A stretch of DNA of 64,000 bases from Eledone cirrhosa (taxonomy: Eukaryota), in the NCBI GenBank assembly GCA_964016885.1, contig OZ024741.1, positions 227,354,001-227,418,000 on the forward strand, in the 5' to 3' direction. The notes under the pieces were generated by a model. That model was not told the origin of the DNA. It made no database searches and saw nothing but the letters and a program-made list of their open reading frames with translations. Positions 25,073 through 37,300 of the stretch are shown one piece after another (position 1 is the stretch's first letter; every line of letters begins with the position of its first letter). A program made the translations under genes and the position numbers.

Positions 25073-25547
25073 ATTAAAGGTGGAAAACTGGGAGAGGGCA
25101 CTTGCCCTGGTGGTCAGGGCCACTGTGGTCTTTTAATGGGCTTTCTCCACAAATGTCCCTCGGAAGTCTCCCCCCTATATGGGAATTTTTCTTTGTTATT
25201 TTATTACATCCTCTGGTTTTTTTTACACGCAGAAATGCCCATTTGTGCCGTCCTGTATTGTCCTGTACTGTCCTTAATATCTACTTCATGTAAACCCTTG
25301 TGGTTAATAAAGAAAACATTATTATTATTATTGGCGACCTACGTAGTAAATCGTATCATCGTGAGCTCCGCAAAGGTTTGTTATTTTCAGTTCTTTAAAA
25401 TTGCCATTCATGGAAATTTCTTATTGTTAACTGTATATAAGTGCACATACATTGATTTCTGAAAAGGACACTCAAAAATATTGGGGCCTTGAGCCCAAAT
25501 TTTAAACTTTTTATAATTATCAAACAAAAATTTTTCTTTGAACAATA

Positions 25548-27459
25548 ATGGATGACTCATAGTTACTCCTTCCTCACAATCCAACACCTCACACCGACAC
25601 CACCATTGTAAATATTGCTACGTTTGCCAACACTGGAATTGTAAGCAGTAGCAATATTTTAAATTTGTCTCAGGCAGACGTTCATTTCCCGCCATTACCA
25701 ATGACTGCAGGTGTTAAAGCCGCCACCACCACCACCACCATCACCACCACAGCGACAACAGAAACAAAAGAAAAAAATAAATTAACTCGTGATATCGAAA
25801 TTAATTCAACCAAAATGAACTCTTCGACACCGAACACCACTGACGCCACCACCACCACAACTGAAACTAAAATTAATAATAACAAAAATAACGATAACAA
25901 CAACAGCAACAGTGACATTAAGAAAACCACTCTGAGTTTTGCCAGAGTAGCAAGAACGTGCGAAGCGATCCAGATAACTCAGGAAGAATTAGACGAAGCC
26001 AAAGGAATGGTAAAGAAAGATGGGTACAGGGTCAGCCTCAACCCCCACCTAATAAAATGGAGCAACTTCGCCTATGCACCGTATCTTATTGGACAATAAA
26101 CATAAAATCGCGCCGAGTGGAACGGGCATCTGAGTCCCAAATCCAAAAAAGCTTTGGGACATGTGTGGGCAAAAAAACCCCACATCAGACGTGGGCAGAA
26201 GTATGGAACCGTGGACGTGTTCTTTGAAACACCACAGGAGGCCAGAGAACACGCCATGGCCCCATTAAGAAGTGACGACTTCACACTCATCCCAAGCTAT
26301 TGTGGCCAGAGACTTGTGAAGATCAGGGTGACCCACGTTCCACCGGCCATCGAAATTCCCTGGCTAATGGCTGCCGTCCTCACCGGCATCGAGGCCAACA
26401 CCAAAGTAATAGAAATAGCAAAAGAAAAGCAGGAGAACTGGTCCGGATCTGGGATGGAGCTCCTGATCCAAGTGGACCATAAAAGCATTGAGGAGATCCC
26501 AGAGGTAATAGACCTCACTGACGGCAGCCACCTCACCGTAATCGTCGAGGGCAGAAGACCTAGGTGTGTCGTTTGTGGTGAAGAAACGCACCTAAGGGGT
26601 TTCTGCCCTCAGGCTAAAAGGTTGAGGCCACCTCTCTTACCCACCCCAGTGACTCAACCGTCAACACCACCAGCAGCAGAAATAGCAGCAACAACTGTAG
26701 CAGCAACAACCCCAGCAACAGTAGCAAAACCAACACCACCACCACCCAACGCCCCAGAACTAGCACCAGCGCCTAGACCATCCACCACGCCACAACCAAA
26801 ACCAACGCCTGTGAAGGATTTTCCACTCCCCGGCTTATCGCAACTGGAGACAGATTGTGACGACGAAGAGTGGGAAACGGTAAGGGAAAAAAGAAAAAAA
26901 AAGAAACCAAAAAAGAAAAAATTCTCTTCCTTCCCCCTCAAAAAACAAAATACAGAGGGAAACAAATAAATTATCGAACAAGAAAGTTAAGACAGATATG
27001 CCACCATCCACACCAGCATCACCAACCCCATCACCACAAACACCAACACCATCACCATCATTAACCCCAACACCACCATCACCAACACCACAAAAGTCAC
27101 CTAAAAGCGTAACAGAAACAAACCCACAACAAACGCAAACAAAACAAAACAACCAAAACGATACACAATACACAGCATTAAATTTGAACAACAACCAATT
27201 ATTACACTACACGCAACACAACACCAGCATCACAGAAAAAGACTACACAACAACCCAAAAGTTCACACCACCTCCACACATACAAATCACTCGCATCACA
27301 CAGAAAACGTACACGACACTAAAACAAAAATTCCCCAAAGACATCGGAGACTTCCGACAAACACTCTCCAGGAGGATTTATAAGGACATCCTTCCGGAGG
27401 AGGCCACAAGCAGTGAAAAGGACGGACAAACCATCCTTCCTCTACGAGAAGTAAGGTAA
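25548..27459 (+). pseudogene. T3 ORF1
   Basis: Intact CX2CX4HX4C knuckle CVVCGEETHLRGFC; ends LPLREVR-TAA. Confidence 0.85.
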
Positions 27460-27507
27460 GTGGTCTTTCCCATCTTCCACTCCATTTCAAACATGACCTC
27501 ACTCAGA
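27454..27507 (+). promoter_or_regulatory. Candidate short GT-AG intron 27456-27506 spanning the ORF1 stop and ORF2 start
   Basis: AG|GTAAGT donor containing the TAA stop, pyrimidine tract, CTCAG|A acceptor in the same phase. Similar layout in T0, T2, T4 and T5. Confidence 0.45.
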
Positions 27508-30031
27508 ATAGGCAGCATAAATGCGCGTGGCTTGGGGTCGTCAGGGAAGCAGGGCCACCTGCTCAACGACCTCAGGTCACTAAACATAGATGTAGTGGCC
27601 ATCAGCGAGACCAGAATCTCCGAAGCACGGGCCTTCGCACCGATCTTCGGCGGCTACGATGTGTACGCATCTCCCAGCCGTCCGGGATCGGGGGGGGGGG
27701 AGTTGCTGTGGTTTTTCGGAGAGGTTTGTATCTCGCCATACGGGCCATCTTCCTGGACCCAGAATGTAAGTTGGTGGTACTAGACGTGACCAGCGGAGAC
27801 GGGCAACTTTCAGGCTAGTGGCTGTCTATGCCCCGACAGGAGCAGGGCGGCCTGATTTCTTCCGGCGTCTGGAGACCTTTCTTGTAACGTCCCGCTCTTT
27901 AGTGTTAGTGGGCGACTGGAACGGGATCTTAGATGCACGCTGGGACTGTGTGGGATTAGTGGATAGGGGAGGAGGGTGCAAGAGCCTCACCAATCTGCTC
28001 AGGCGTTTTGAACTGTCTGACAGGTACCGATTGGATTTCCCAAATGTACCAATGTGGACTTGGACAAATCGCATAGGATCATCCAGATCATATCTAGATA
28101 GAGTATTTTGTTGAGAAATAGATAGGTCTAGCATAGGCAGTCTACAATTCAAGATAGTCAGCTACACGGACCACAAATTCGTGATCTGTGTGCTTGACTT
28201 AGATAAGATTCATAGACGAGGACCCGGCTACTGGAAGCTAAACGCGACCTTACCAGCGCGCAAGGCATACAGAGACCAGATTAGCGAACTATTTAAGCGG
28301 GCGTTGACGGGGGCCATCGTCAACAACAAGTGGTGGTTTGCTCTGATTAGCTGCACAAGGGGTAAATCGCCTGGTTTGGTTGGTCTGCCCTATGAACTTT
28401 ACGTACAGATGCCAGACTTGTTCGGAGGCTTCTTGGCGGACGTCTACTGCAACTGGCAATAGAACGGGAGAATTCCCAGCTCTGTGAGCCGAGGAGCTGT
28501 GGCGCTGCTGAGAAAGCATGGGAACAAGGGGGATAACATAGATAATTTTAGGCCCATAACTCTGCTAAACACAGAGTTCAAGATTTTGGCCAAGGTGCTA
28601 GCAAAGAGGTTGGCGCTTGTCGTTGGTGGTCTGGTGGGAGAGGCGCAGACATGCGCCATTCCCGACAGATCCATCCACGACAACCTCCACCTCATGCGAT
28701 ATATCGTAGAGAGGGTAGCTAGGGAACCTGGCACGGGTGGGTCCTTGATCAATTTAGATCAGTCGAAAGCTTTCGATAGGGTCGACCATCGTTACCTAGC
28801 GGAAGTCCTGAGGGCGGCTGGCTTTGGGCCCGTCTTCAGAGGCTGGATCGCTGCCATGCACAGCGACATCTGCTCTGTGGTGAGAGTGAACGGTCACCTT
28901 TCGGAACCATTCAACATTATACCCTTGGTCCACCAAGGATGTCCCCTCTCGTCCCCCTTGTATTGACTCTCGAGCCATTACTGCACAAACTGGAGACGTT
29001 GAGGGGGGTCCCGCGCGAACTAGGATGCGGAAGATCCGTGTCAGCATATGTGGACGATGTCACCGTAGTGGTGTCGAACGCCAAACACATCGAGGCGATC
29101 GGCACTACACTAAGAGAATATGAAGCGGTGACAGGAGCAATGATCAACCAGGAAAAGTCAGTGGGCCTGCAGCTCGGCACCTGGAGAGGCAGGTCCATGC
29201 CGTCCAACAACGTCGTCGGGCGCTGGACGGACGGACCAGTTAAATTGCTCGGGGTCTGGTTCGGTCCGGATCTCCAGACGGACACAAACTGGGACGAGGT
29301 GACGAGCAGGGTGGCCTCTCTCACCCAGAAATGGGCGGAGAGGAAGATATCCCTGAAAGGTCGAGCGGAGGTGGCTAACGCGTATATCGCGTCCGTCATC
29401 TACTACCGCATGACCGTCGTACCTTGTCCTAAGACCCGCCTGACTGCGCTGGAGCGTTTGCTCTTTCGCTTTCTGTGGAAGGGACGCGCTCCGATGGTCA
29501 GGCGGTCCATCTGTTGTCAACACCCGCTACGTGGAGGGCTGGGCATGCCGTGGCTGATGATGCGCAGACACGCGCTCAGGCTACGACATCTCCACCTCTT
29601 CCTCGACGGTTATCAGGTGTGGTCGCCGTTTGATAGACACGTCTTTCCCCAGTTCGTTTCCTTGACGGAGCTGCAGTCCTGGGTCAAGCGAAGACCGAGA
29701 GGGAGCGCCTGGAGACTGGAATGTCTTCAGGCGCTCACAGTCCTCGACCAATCGGGCAATGTGATCGGTGGAAACTCCACCTCGGCGTTCTATAGAGGAT
29801 TAGTGGAGGGGAAGAGCGACGACGTACTTGGGGAAACTCTAGGCGTCGACGAAAATCAACTAGCCAATCTCTTCGGAAGAACTTTCGGGCCGGGGCCTAT
29901 GGACAATATCCAGAAATCTCTGGCCTGGCAGTGCTCCCGAGGAGCCTTGCCAGTTCGGGATTAACTCTACAGGCATGGAGGTGCCGTCAGCCGGGCATGT
30001 CCGAGATGCGCGCAGGGAGACGAAGCCGTCC
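27493..30031 (+). pseudogene. T3 ORF2, disrupted and truncated
   Basis: MTSLRIGSINARGL...YVDD...LAWQC; track ORFs 27460-29964. Confidence 0.9.
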
Positions 30032-31335
30032 AGAGGGAAAACGCCCGAAATGCTTTTGCTGTGGGTCGAAGACGCACCTCAGAGCCTTCTGCAATGAGAA
30101 GACCCTGAGAAAGGGGAAAACTCCCCTCCTTCCGAAACCGGCTCCACTGCTACCAGCAACAGGACAGGCGGAAAGCAGGAAGGATAGGTCCGTGGCACCC
30201 ATACCCACGCCACGGATATCAAGAACAGCAGCAGCAGTGGAAGTATTAACAACAACAACAGTAATACCAACTGCAGCTGCAACAGAGACTCCACTGCAAC
30301 CATCACCAACAAGCACGACTACATAATACCAGCACCTATCAAAACACCAACGAACATAAGACTGGTAATAATATCACAGAAACAATACACAAACATTAAA
30401 ATGAAATTCTCCAACGCAGTTAGTGATTTCAGAGACCTAGGAGGGACACTCAACCGGAGAGTATACTCGGATATACTCACAGAAGAGCCGACGACCAGCC
30501 GAAGGGACGATTCAACGGTCCTTTCACCAGACGATCAAGGTAAGTGATCCTTTCTCACTTGTCCCGTTCCTCACCCAATATGGCCGTATTCAGGATCGGA
30601 AGTGTAAACGTGCGTGGCTTGAGCTCGGTTTGGAAGCAGGGTCACTTGCTTAACGACCTCAGGCCACTAAAGATAGATGTGGTGGCCATCAGCGAGATGA
30701 GAATCTCCGAAACGCAAGCTTTCGCACCGATCTTCGACGGTTACGAGGTGTACGCACCTCCGAGCCGTCCGGGAGCGGGGGCGTGGTGGCTGTGTTGTTT
30801 CGGAAAGGCTTGGGTCTCGCCATACGGACCATCTTCCTGGACCCAGAAGGTAAGTCGGTGGTGCTGGACGTAAGCGGCACCGAAGGCAACGCTTTCAGGC
30901 TAGTAGCCGTCTATGCCCCGACAGGGATAGGACGGCCAGATTTCTTCAGACGTCTAGAGACCTTTCTTGGAACGTCCCACTCTTTAGTGTTAGTGGGTGA
31001 CTGGAACGGTATCTTGGATGCACGCTGGGATTGTGTGGGGCTAGTGGATAGGGGAGGAGGGTGCAAGAGCCTCACCAACCTGCTCAGACGTTTTGAACTG
31101 TCTGAGAGGTATCGACTGGATCACCCGAATGTGCTAATGTGGACATGGACAAACCGCATCGGGTCATCCAGATCGTATCTCGATAGGGTATTCTGCAGAG
31201 AACTAGATAAGGCTAGTATAAGTTGTCCACAATTTAAAATAGTCGACTACACAAATATGTGATCTGTGAGACCGACATAGTCTGACTTCATAGACAAGGA
31301 CCCGGTTACTGGAAGTTGAACGCGTCTTTCCCGGC
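30032..31335 (+). mobile_element. Tx1-type LINE fragment T4 (family C): ORF1 3' half + APE domain
   Basis: EGKRPKCFCCGSKTHLRAFC knuckle; ORF2 ATG 30580 MAVFRIGSVNVRGL...GPGYWKLN. Confidence 0.88.
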
Positions 31336-31982
31336 GGTAATGACGTTCATGATGATGATGATGATAATGAGGATGATGATGAAGGGGAGGAAGAGAAGGA
31401 GGGGAAGTGGAAGGGAAGAAGAAGGGGTTACAAGATATCTATGTTGCTCACACCGAATCCACTAATTCTTTGTCAAAAGATTAGTGGAAACAGGGAGACT
31501 GCGTGAACGCTCCTTTATTGATACCTGTACAACATTGTACAAAGGTTGGTGCAGAGAAAATAGAATTGTTTATAGAAGAAATCACTCAAAGACTGTTAAA
31601 ATATATTTCTATCGACCACACTAAGTGATTCTAAGCCGTTCTAATTTCTATAAAGAATTGTATCGATTATATGATGTATTTCAACAAAGATACCTATCGA
31701 TTGATTATATTATGTATTTCGATCTTTCCTTCGTTCTTTTTTTGTGTTCTGTTGTTTTTGTTGTTGTAATTGTTGTCGTTTTTGTAGTTGTTATTGTTGT
31801 TGTTGCTGTTGTCCTCCTTTCTCATTCTTTTCTGCTTCACTCCTCTTTTTCTTTTATGTTTCTTAACTTACCAATTTCTTTTCGTTCTTTAATAAATTCG
31901 TTTATTTATACCTCTATTCGTGTTTATATCTTATTTTATTTATTCGTATATTCATATATTTGTCTACATGTCATCTCATCTC

Positions 31983-32071
<89 letters not shown>
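31983..32071. repeat. (TATC)n microsatellite, 5' flank of T5
   Basis: Directly visible. Confidence 0.95.
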
Positions 32072-32072
<1 letters not shown>

Positions 32073-32300
32073 TTAGACGTTGATTACTTCGCTCCGAAGT
32101 TTTTGTAAATTTATGGTGGAAAAACCGTAAGTTTTTGTTCAATTTTTATATTATTGTGTAGCTTGACACCCCGTCTGGACCGTCAGGCGGTGGGTCAACT
32201 CATTTTCGCCTGCCCCCCTCTTCCGGGGCGAAATACTCGTTTGAAAATGTTTATCTATCGAATTTTGAAAAAAAAATATCGTAAGAAGTTTGCTTCCACG

Positions 32301-34273
32301 ATGAACGCTGCGTTTGGCGATGATGGTGGTGGAGAATCGGTAAGACTACATAGCTCGCAGTCAACATCGTCTTCTTCCTTTTCCTTCTCCATAGAAACTA
32401 TGAGGATGGAAAGACGAAACCAAATTGTAAAAAAGAATTCAAATCTAAATGACAACAAACAGTAGAATGACAACAAAAATAACAACAACAACACCAGTAA
32501 TGATGATAAAAACAACAATGACAACAACAACAAAGAAAAAAATAAAGACAACACCAATAATACCAGCATCAAAGACAACACCAACACTAACACCAAGGAA
32601 AATACGAACAATATCAACATCAGTGACAACAACAACAACAACAATAATAATGACAACAAGAACAACAACAACAACGACAGCAACAATGATAACAACAACA
32701 CCACCACCAACAACAGCAACACGAACAACTCCACAAATAAGGAACAGTTTTCCTTTGCACAAACCGTCCAAAAGACGGAACTGTTCCCATATCTTGACAT
32801 CTCCAATGCTAGGGAGTTAAGAGATACAAGGCAGTGTGTAACTTTTGGTGAGAGTGGTGCTTTCAGCATCACTTCTCCTCAACAATTACGTAAAGAAACT
32901 ATTCTAAAAACAATAATTTTTAGGACAGTTTCAAATGTGTCAAAACAACCAGTCCAATTATCCCAAAACGACATTGAACTGGTTCTGAAAAATTCAATGA
33001 AGGTAAACTTTTTGGAAGCATTTCGGTGTTGATGAAAGACCAATTGACGGCACAAAAATATTCTGTGTCGCCAATTGTGTCCCCCCTTTACACCCTTTTC
33101 CCCCAAATATATGGGGAAAAGAACCCAGAAAATTAAAATTTCGAACATTACACCAAGTGTAAACGTCTGGTGGATTTTGACTGGCTTCATCGATTTTGAT
33201 GAAGACACCAGTGGGAAAGTCCTCCAGGGGTACATTCAATGGTACAAGCCTGGAAGTTCTGGTCCAAATGAGGCCAGAACGGATAGCTAAAATACCCAAC
33301 GTGTGCCTCTGGATGGGATTTCATACATAAACATTTCTGATGAGGGTAGGCGGCCTTCATGTTACCACTGTTTAAGCAGTGGTCACCTGAAGGCTTACTG
33401 TCCTCAGCTAGCTGCAAAAAAAGAGGCACTACTGCCAACATCCAAAACAACAACACAACCACCACCACCACAACAACAACAACAACACGTAAACATAATC
33501 AAAACCAGAATAACAAACCAAACTGCAAGCACAGTCCCACCCAACCCACTCCACCTAAAACCACTGCAAAAACACCCACAAACACAACAGCTCCCCCAAA
33601 GATACCCCTTCCAAATAACACAGACACCATAACGGACGAGGCCCCTTCATCATCACCAAGTGACGACGAGGGAGAGCCACTCCGTTCGAAAAGAAAGAAG
33701 AAAAGACACCACAAGAACAAAAAAACAAACATCACTACAAACATACAACCACCAACACAAACAACACAAACATTACACCCCCTCCCGTCCAGAAAACAAA
33801 ACCACGACATCACTCCAAACACAAACACCTACAACAAAACGAAAGCACACGCAAGAACTACAGACAAAAACAAAAACAGCACAAGAAAATTACACTTACA
33901 CATAAACACTGAAAACAAAACACCAATGGAGACCATCACGAACAACACTTCGGTGAAAACCGAATGGAAAACTTTCGCAAACTCTAATAAAAATAATAAA
34001 AAACCGAACCTAAAACTGATTAGGGTCCCTATACAAACTTATAGGTCCCTAAAAGAAACATTTGAAAAGGATGTGGGGAATTCCTGCGTGAAACCACTTA
34101 ACTGCGTCCTTCTCAAATGTCTCTCCACCCCAGACATCCCCCATCCCACCAGACACCCCCTCCCCACCAAACATCTCCGTCCCCACCACGCCGGAAAAAA
34201 CCACCCACCCAGACAACCCCTCCAACACCCCATTGAAATCGTGCAGCCTGGTCCCCAGGAGACGAAGAGGTGA
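32301..34273 (+). pseudogene. T5 ORF1
   Basis: N-rich start, knuckle, C-terminal LIRVPIQTYRSLKETFEKDVG similar to T3 ITRITQKTYTTLKQKFPKDIG; ends ETKR-TGA. Start codon uncertain. Confidence 0.75.
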
Positions 34274-34313
34274 GTGATTTCTTTTCCTCTTCTTTTAACT
34301 TTTCAGCACCAAC

Positions 34314-37300
34314 ATGGCCAATATAAGAGTTGGAGGTGTGAATGTACGCGGCCTGGGGATGCCCTGGAAACAGGGCAAACTCTTAAACGACCTCAGGTCG
34401 CACAGTATGGATGTAGTAGCCATTTGCGAGTCCAGGATCCACAGCGAGCGACAGCTGGCCCCCATCTTCGATGACTTTGAGATCTCTCTGTCAGCCGGGA
34501 GGTGGGGGCAGCGTTGCCGTTTTGCTGCGGAAACACCTGGACCTCGTAACACAGACGGTACATCTGGATCCGGAGGGTCGACTGGTGGTCCTAGACGTTG
34601 ACGGTAGTGAAGGTGGAGCCTTCAGGCTAGTGGCCGCATATGCCTCATCCGGGACACCGCGGCCAGACTTCTTCAAACGTCTAGAGACTTTTCTGGGAAC
34701 GTCCCGCTCCTTGCTTTTAGTGGGGGACTGGAATGGAATCCTAGATGCACGTTGGGACTATGTGGGAGCATGTCCCGATAAAGGGGTGTGTAACATCCTC
34801 AAACAGTTAATCGGCCGATTTGACCTGGCCGATAGATATCGACTAGATTTTCCGACTGTGCCACTGTGGACGTGGACTAATCCCAGCGGAACATCTAGAA
34901 CGTACCTAGATAGGGTTCTAGTTAGAAGTAAGGATAGGGACATGCTAAGATTTCCACAAATGTTCATGGTTGCCTATTCAGATCACAAACTAGTGACCTG
35001 CATGGTCAACTTTGATAGAACCCATAGACAAAGACCCGGCTACTGGAAGCTGAACTTGTCGTTACCGAAATGCAAAGCCTACAGTAGACGGATTAGTACT
35101 TTAGTTAAAGAGCACTTGACAGGGGCTATTGTTAACAACAGATGGTGGTACTCTCTCAAGAGGGCAGTTAGATTAGAATCGTTAGTTTTTAGTAAAGAAT
35201 TAGCGTTAAATAGAAATAGGACCGAGAAGGAACTGGTAGATAAAGTAGAAGAGGCAATTAGAAGTGGCAAGGTAGCCAGCGTGCTAGCAACGAGAACGGC
35301 CTTGGACCAGTACTTCGATGCAAAGCATGAGGGCTGCGTTGTCAGAAGCAAAATACGTGCTCTGGGTAACGAGGGGGCCAAAGCTGTTAGCTGTGCCCGG
35401 GTAACGGAGGTGAAAAGTGGCAACAAGTACACGATTCGGTCTTTGAAGGACCAAGAGGGGACGCGTGATACGTGAGCCGAAGCAGATGTGCGCGGCCTTT
35501 CAGCGGCACTTTGCTCAGCTGTTCGGGCTGGGTGACGCGCCAGGAGGGGCTATGGATTTCGGTCCATACCTCGACGGCCTACCGCGACTGTCGGACAGCG
35601 AGGCGAAGTTCTGCGAAAAGTCGATTTCAACCGCTGAGATAGGGGACGCGCTGAGCCAATGCGGCAAACGCAAATCTCCAGGTCTCGATGGTCTACCCTA
35701 CGTATATTACGTAGCAATGCCGGACTTGTTTTCCGGTCTCCTGGAAGCGGTCTACTGCAACTGGCCGCAGAACGGGAGAATTCCCAGTTCTGTGACCAGA
35801 GGCGTAGTCACACAAGTCAGGAAGGACGAGAATAAGGGGGATGACATAGGCAACTTCCGGCCCATAACTCTGCTAAACACAGAGTTACAGATTTTGGCCA
35901 AGGTGTTGGCAAAGAGGCTGGCGCTTGTCGTCGAAAATCTGGTGGGAGAAGCGCAGACATGCGCAATCCCGACCAGGTCCATACACGAAAACCTCCACCT
36001 CATGCGATACATCATAGATAGGGTAGGGTGTAAACCCGGCTTCGGTGGGGCCCTGATCAACTTGGATCAGTCTAAGGCTTTCGATAGGGTTGATCATCGT
36101 TACCTGGATGCGGTGCTCGAGGCGGCAGGCTTCGGACCCGTGTACAGGGGCTGGATTGCTACAATGCACAACAGCAACATCTGCTCAAGGGTCAAGGTGA
36201 ACGGCTATCTCTCGGAACCGTTCCATATCACGCGATCTATCCGACAGGGATGCCCTCTCTGCTCCTTTCTGTACGTACTGACTCTCGAGCCACTACTGCG
36301 GAAGTTGGAGCTATTGCAGGGCATCCCTTTGGAACCGGGACTGCGAAAAGCGGCGTCGGCCTACGCCGACTACGTCACAGTAATGGTGTCGAGCACCTCG
36401 CAAATCGTGGAAGTCGGCACCTTACTGAAGGAATACGAAAGGTTCACAGGAGCGAAGCTGAACCGGGGCAAGTCCGTCGGTTTGCAACTCGGATCGTGGA
36501 GAGGCAAACCGATGCCTTCCGATGGCGTCGTCGGACGCTGGACGGAAGGACCGGTGAAGCTGCTCGGGGACTGGTTTGGTCCGGAGAAGAACTGGAACGA
36601 GGTGACGGCCAAGGTGTTTGCACTCACCCAGAAGTGGGCCGAGTGCAAACTATCCTTGAAAGGTCGAGCGGAGGTGGCGAACACTTTTATAGCGTCCGTC
36701 ATCTACTACCGCTTGACCGTCGTGCCTTGTCCAGCCAAAACTCTCACCAAAATGGAGCGCGCGCTCTTCCAATTCTTTTGGAAGAAGCGGGCTCCTTTGG
36801 TAAGAAGATCCATCTGCTGCCAACACCTATTCTGTGGCTGACGATGCGCAAACACGCGCTCAGGCTGCGGCATCTCTACGTATTCCTCACCGGACAACCG
36901 ATGTGGGACCCGTTCGTGAGACGAGCCTTCCCACGACTCGTCTCGCTGACCGAGCTGCAGTCCTGGGTCAAGCAAAGACCGAGGAAAATGGGCGACTGGC
37001 ACATCGAATGTGCTCAGGCGCTCACAGCCCTCTGGCAGGCGGACCCGGCGATTAGTGGAGACTCCACTTCGTCATTCTATAGAGGGTTGATCCGCAGCAA
37101 GTGCGACGACGCGCTCGGAGAAACTCTAGGCATAGAGGAAGACGAACTGGCCAGTCTGTTCGGTAGGACCTTCCGCCCGGGACCGATGGACAACTTCCAA
37201 AAGTCCCTGGCTTGGCAGGCTCTACAGATATGGATGCCCGAGCAGGACCCTTCTAAAAAGATCTGTCCGAGATGCGTGCGAGACGAAGAAACCGTCGCAC

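Larger units (their letters stand above)
19464..25317 (+). mobile_element. Tx1-type LINE T2 (family B), full length, flanked by (ATT)n
   Basis: Its 5' end GGCGAC.TACG.AGTAAATCGTATCATCG matches T3. ORF1+ORF2 present; 3' end CCTTGTGGTTAATAAAGAAAAC+(ATT)n. Confidence 0.95.
25333..30031 (+). mobile_element. Tx1-type LINE T3 (family B), tandem to T2, internal deletion near 28345, 3' end missing
   Basis: Close copy of T2, separated from it by (ATT)5 only. Confidence 0.93.

Noticed and set aside
31457-31488. Hairpin TCCACTAAT...ATTAGTGGA
   Set aside because: Isolated, with no recognisable family or second copy.
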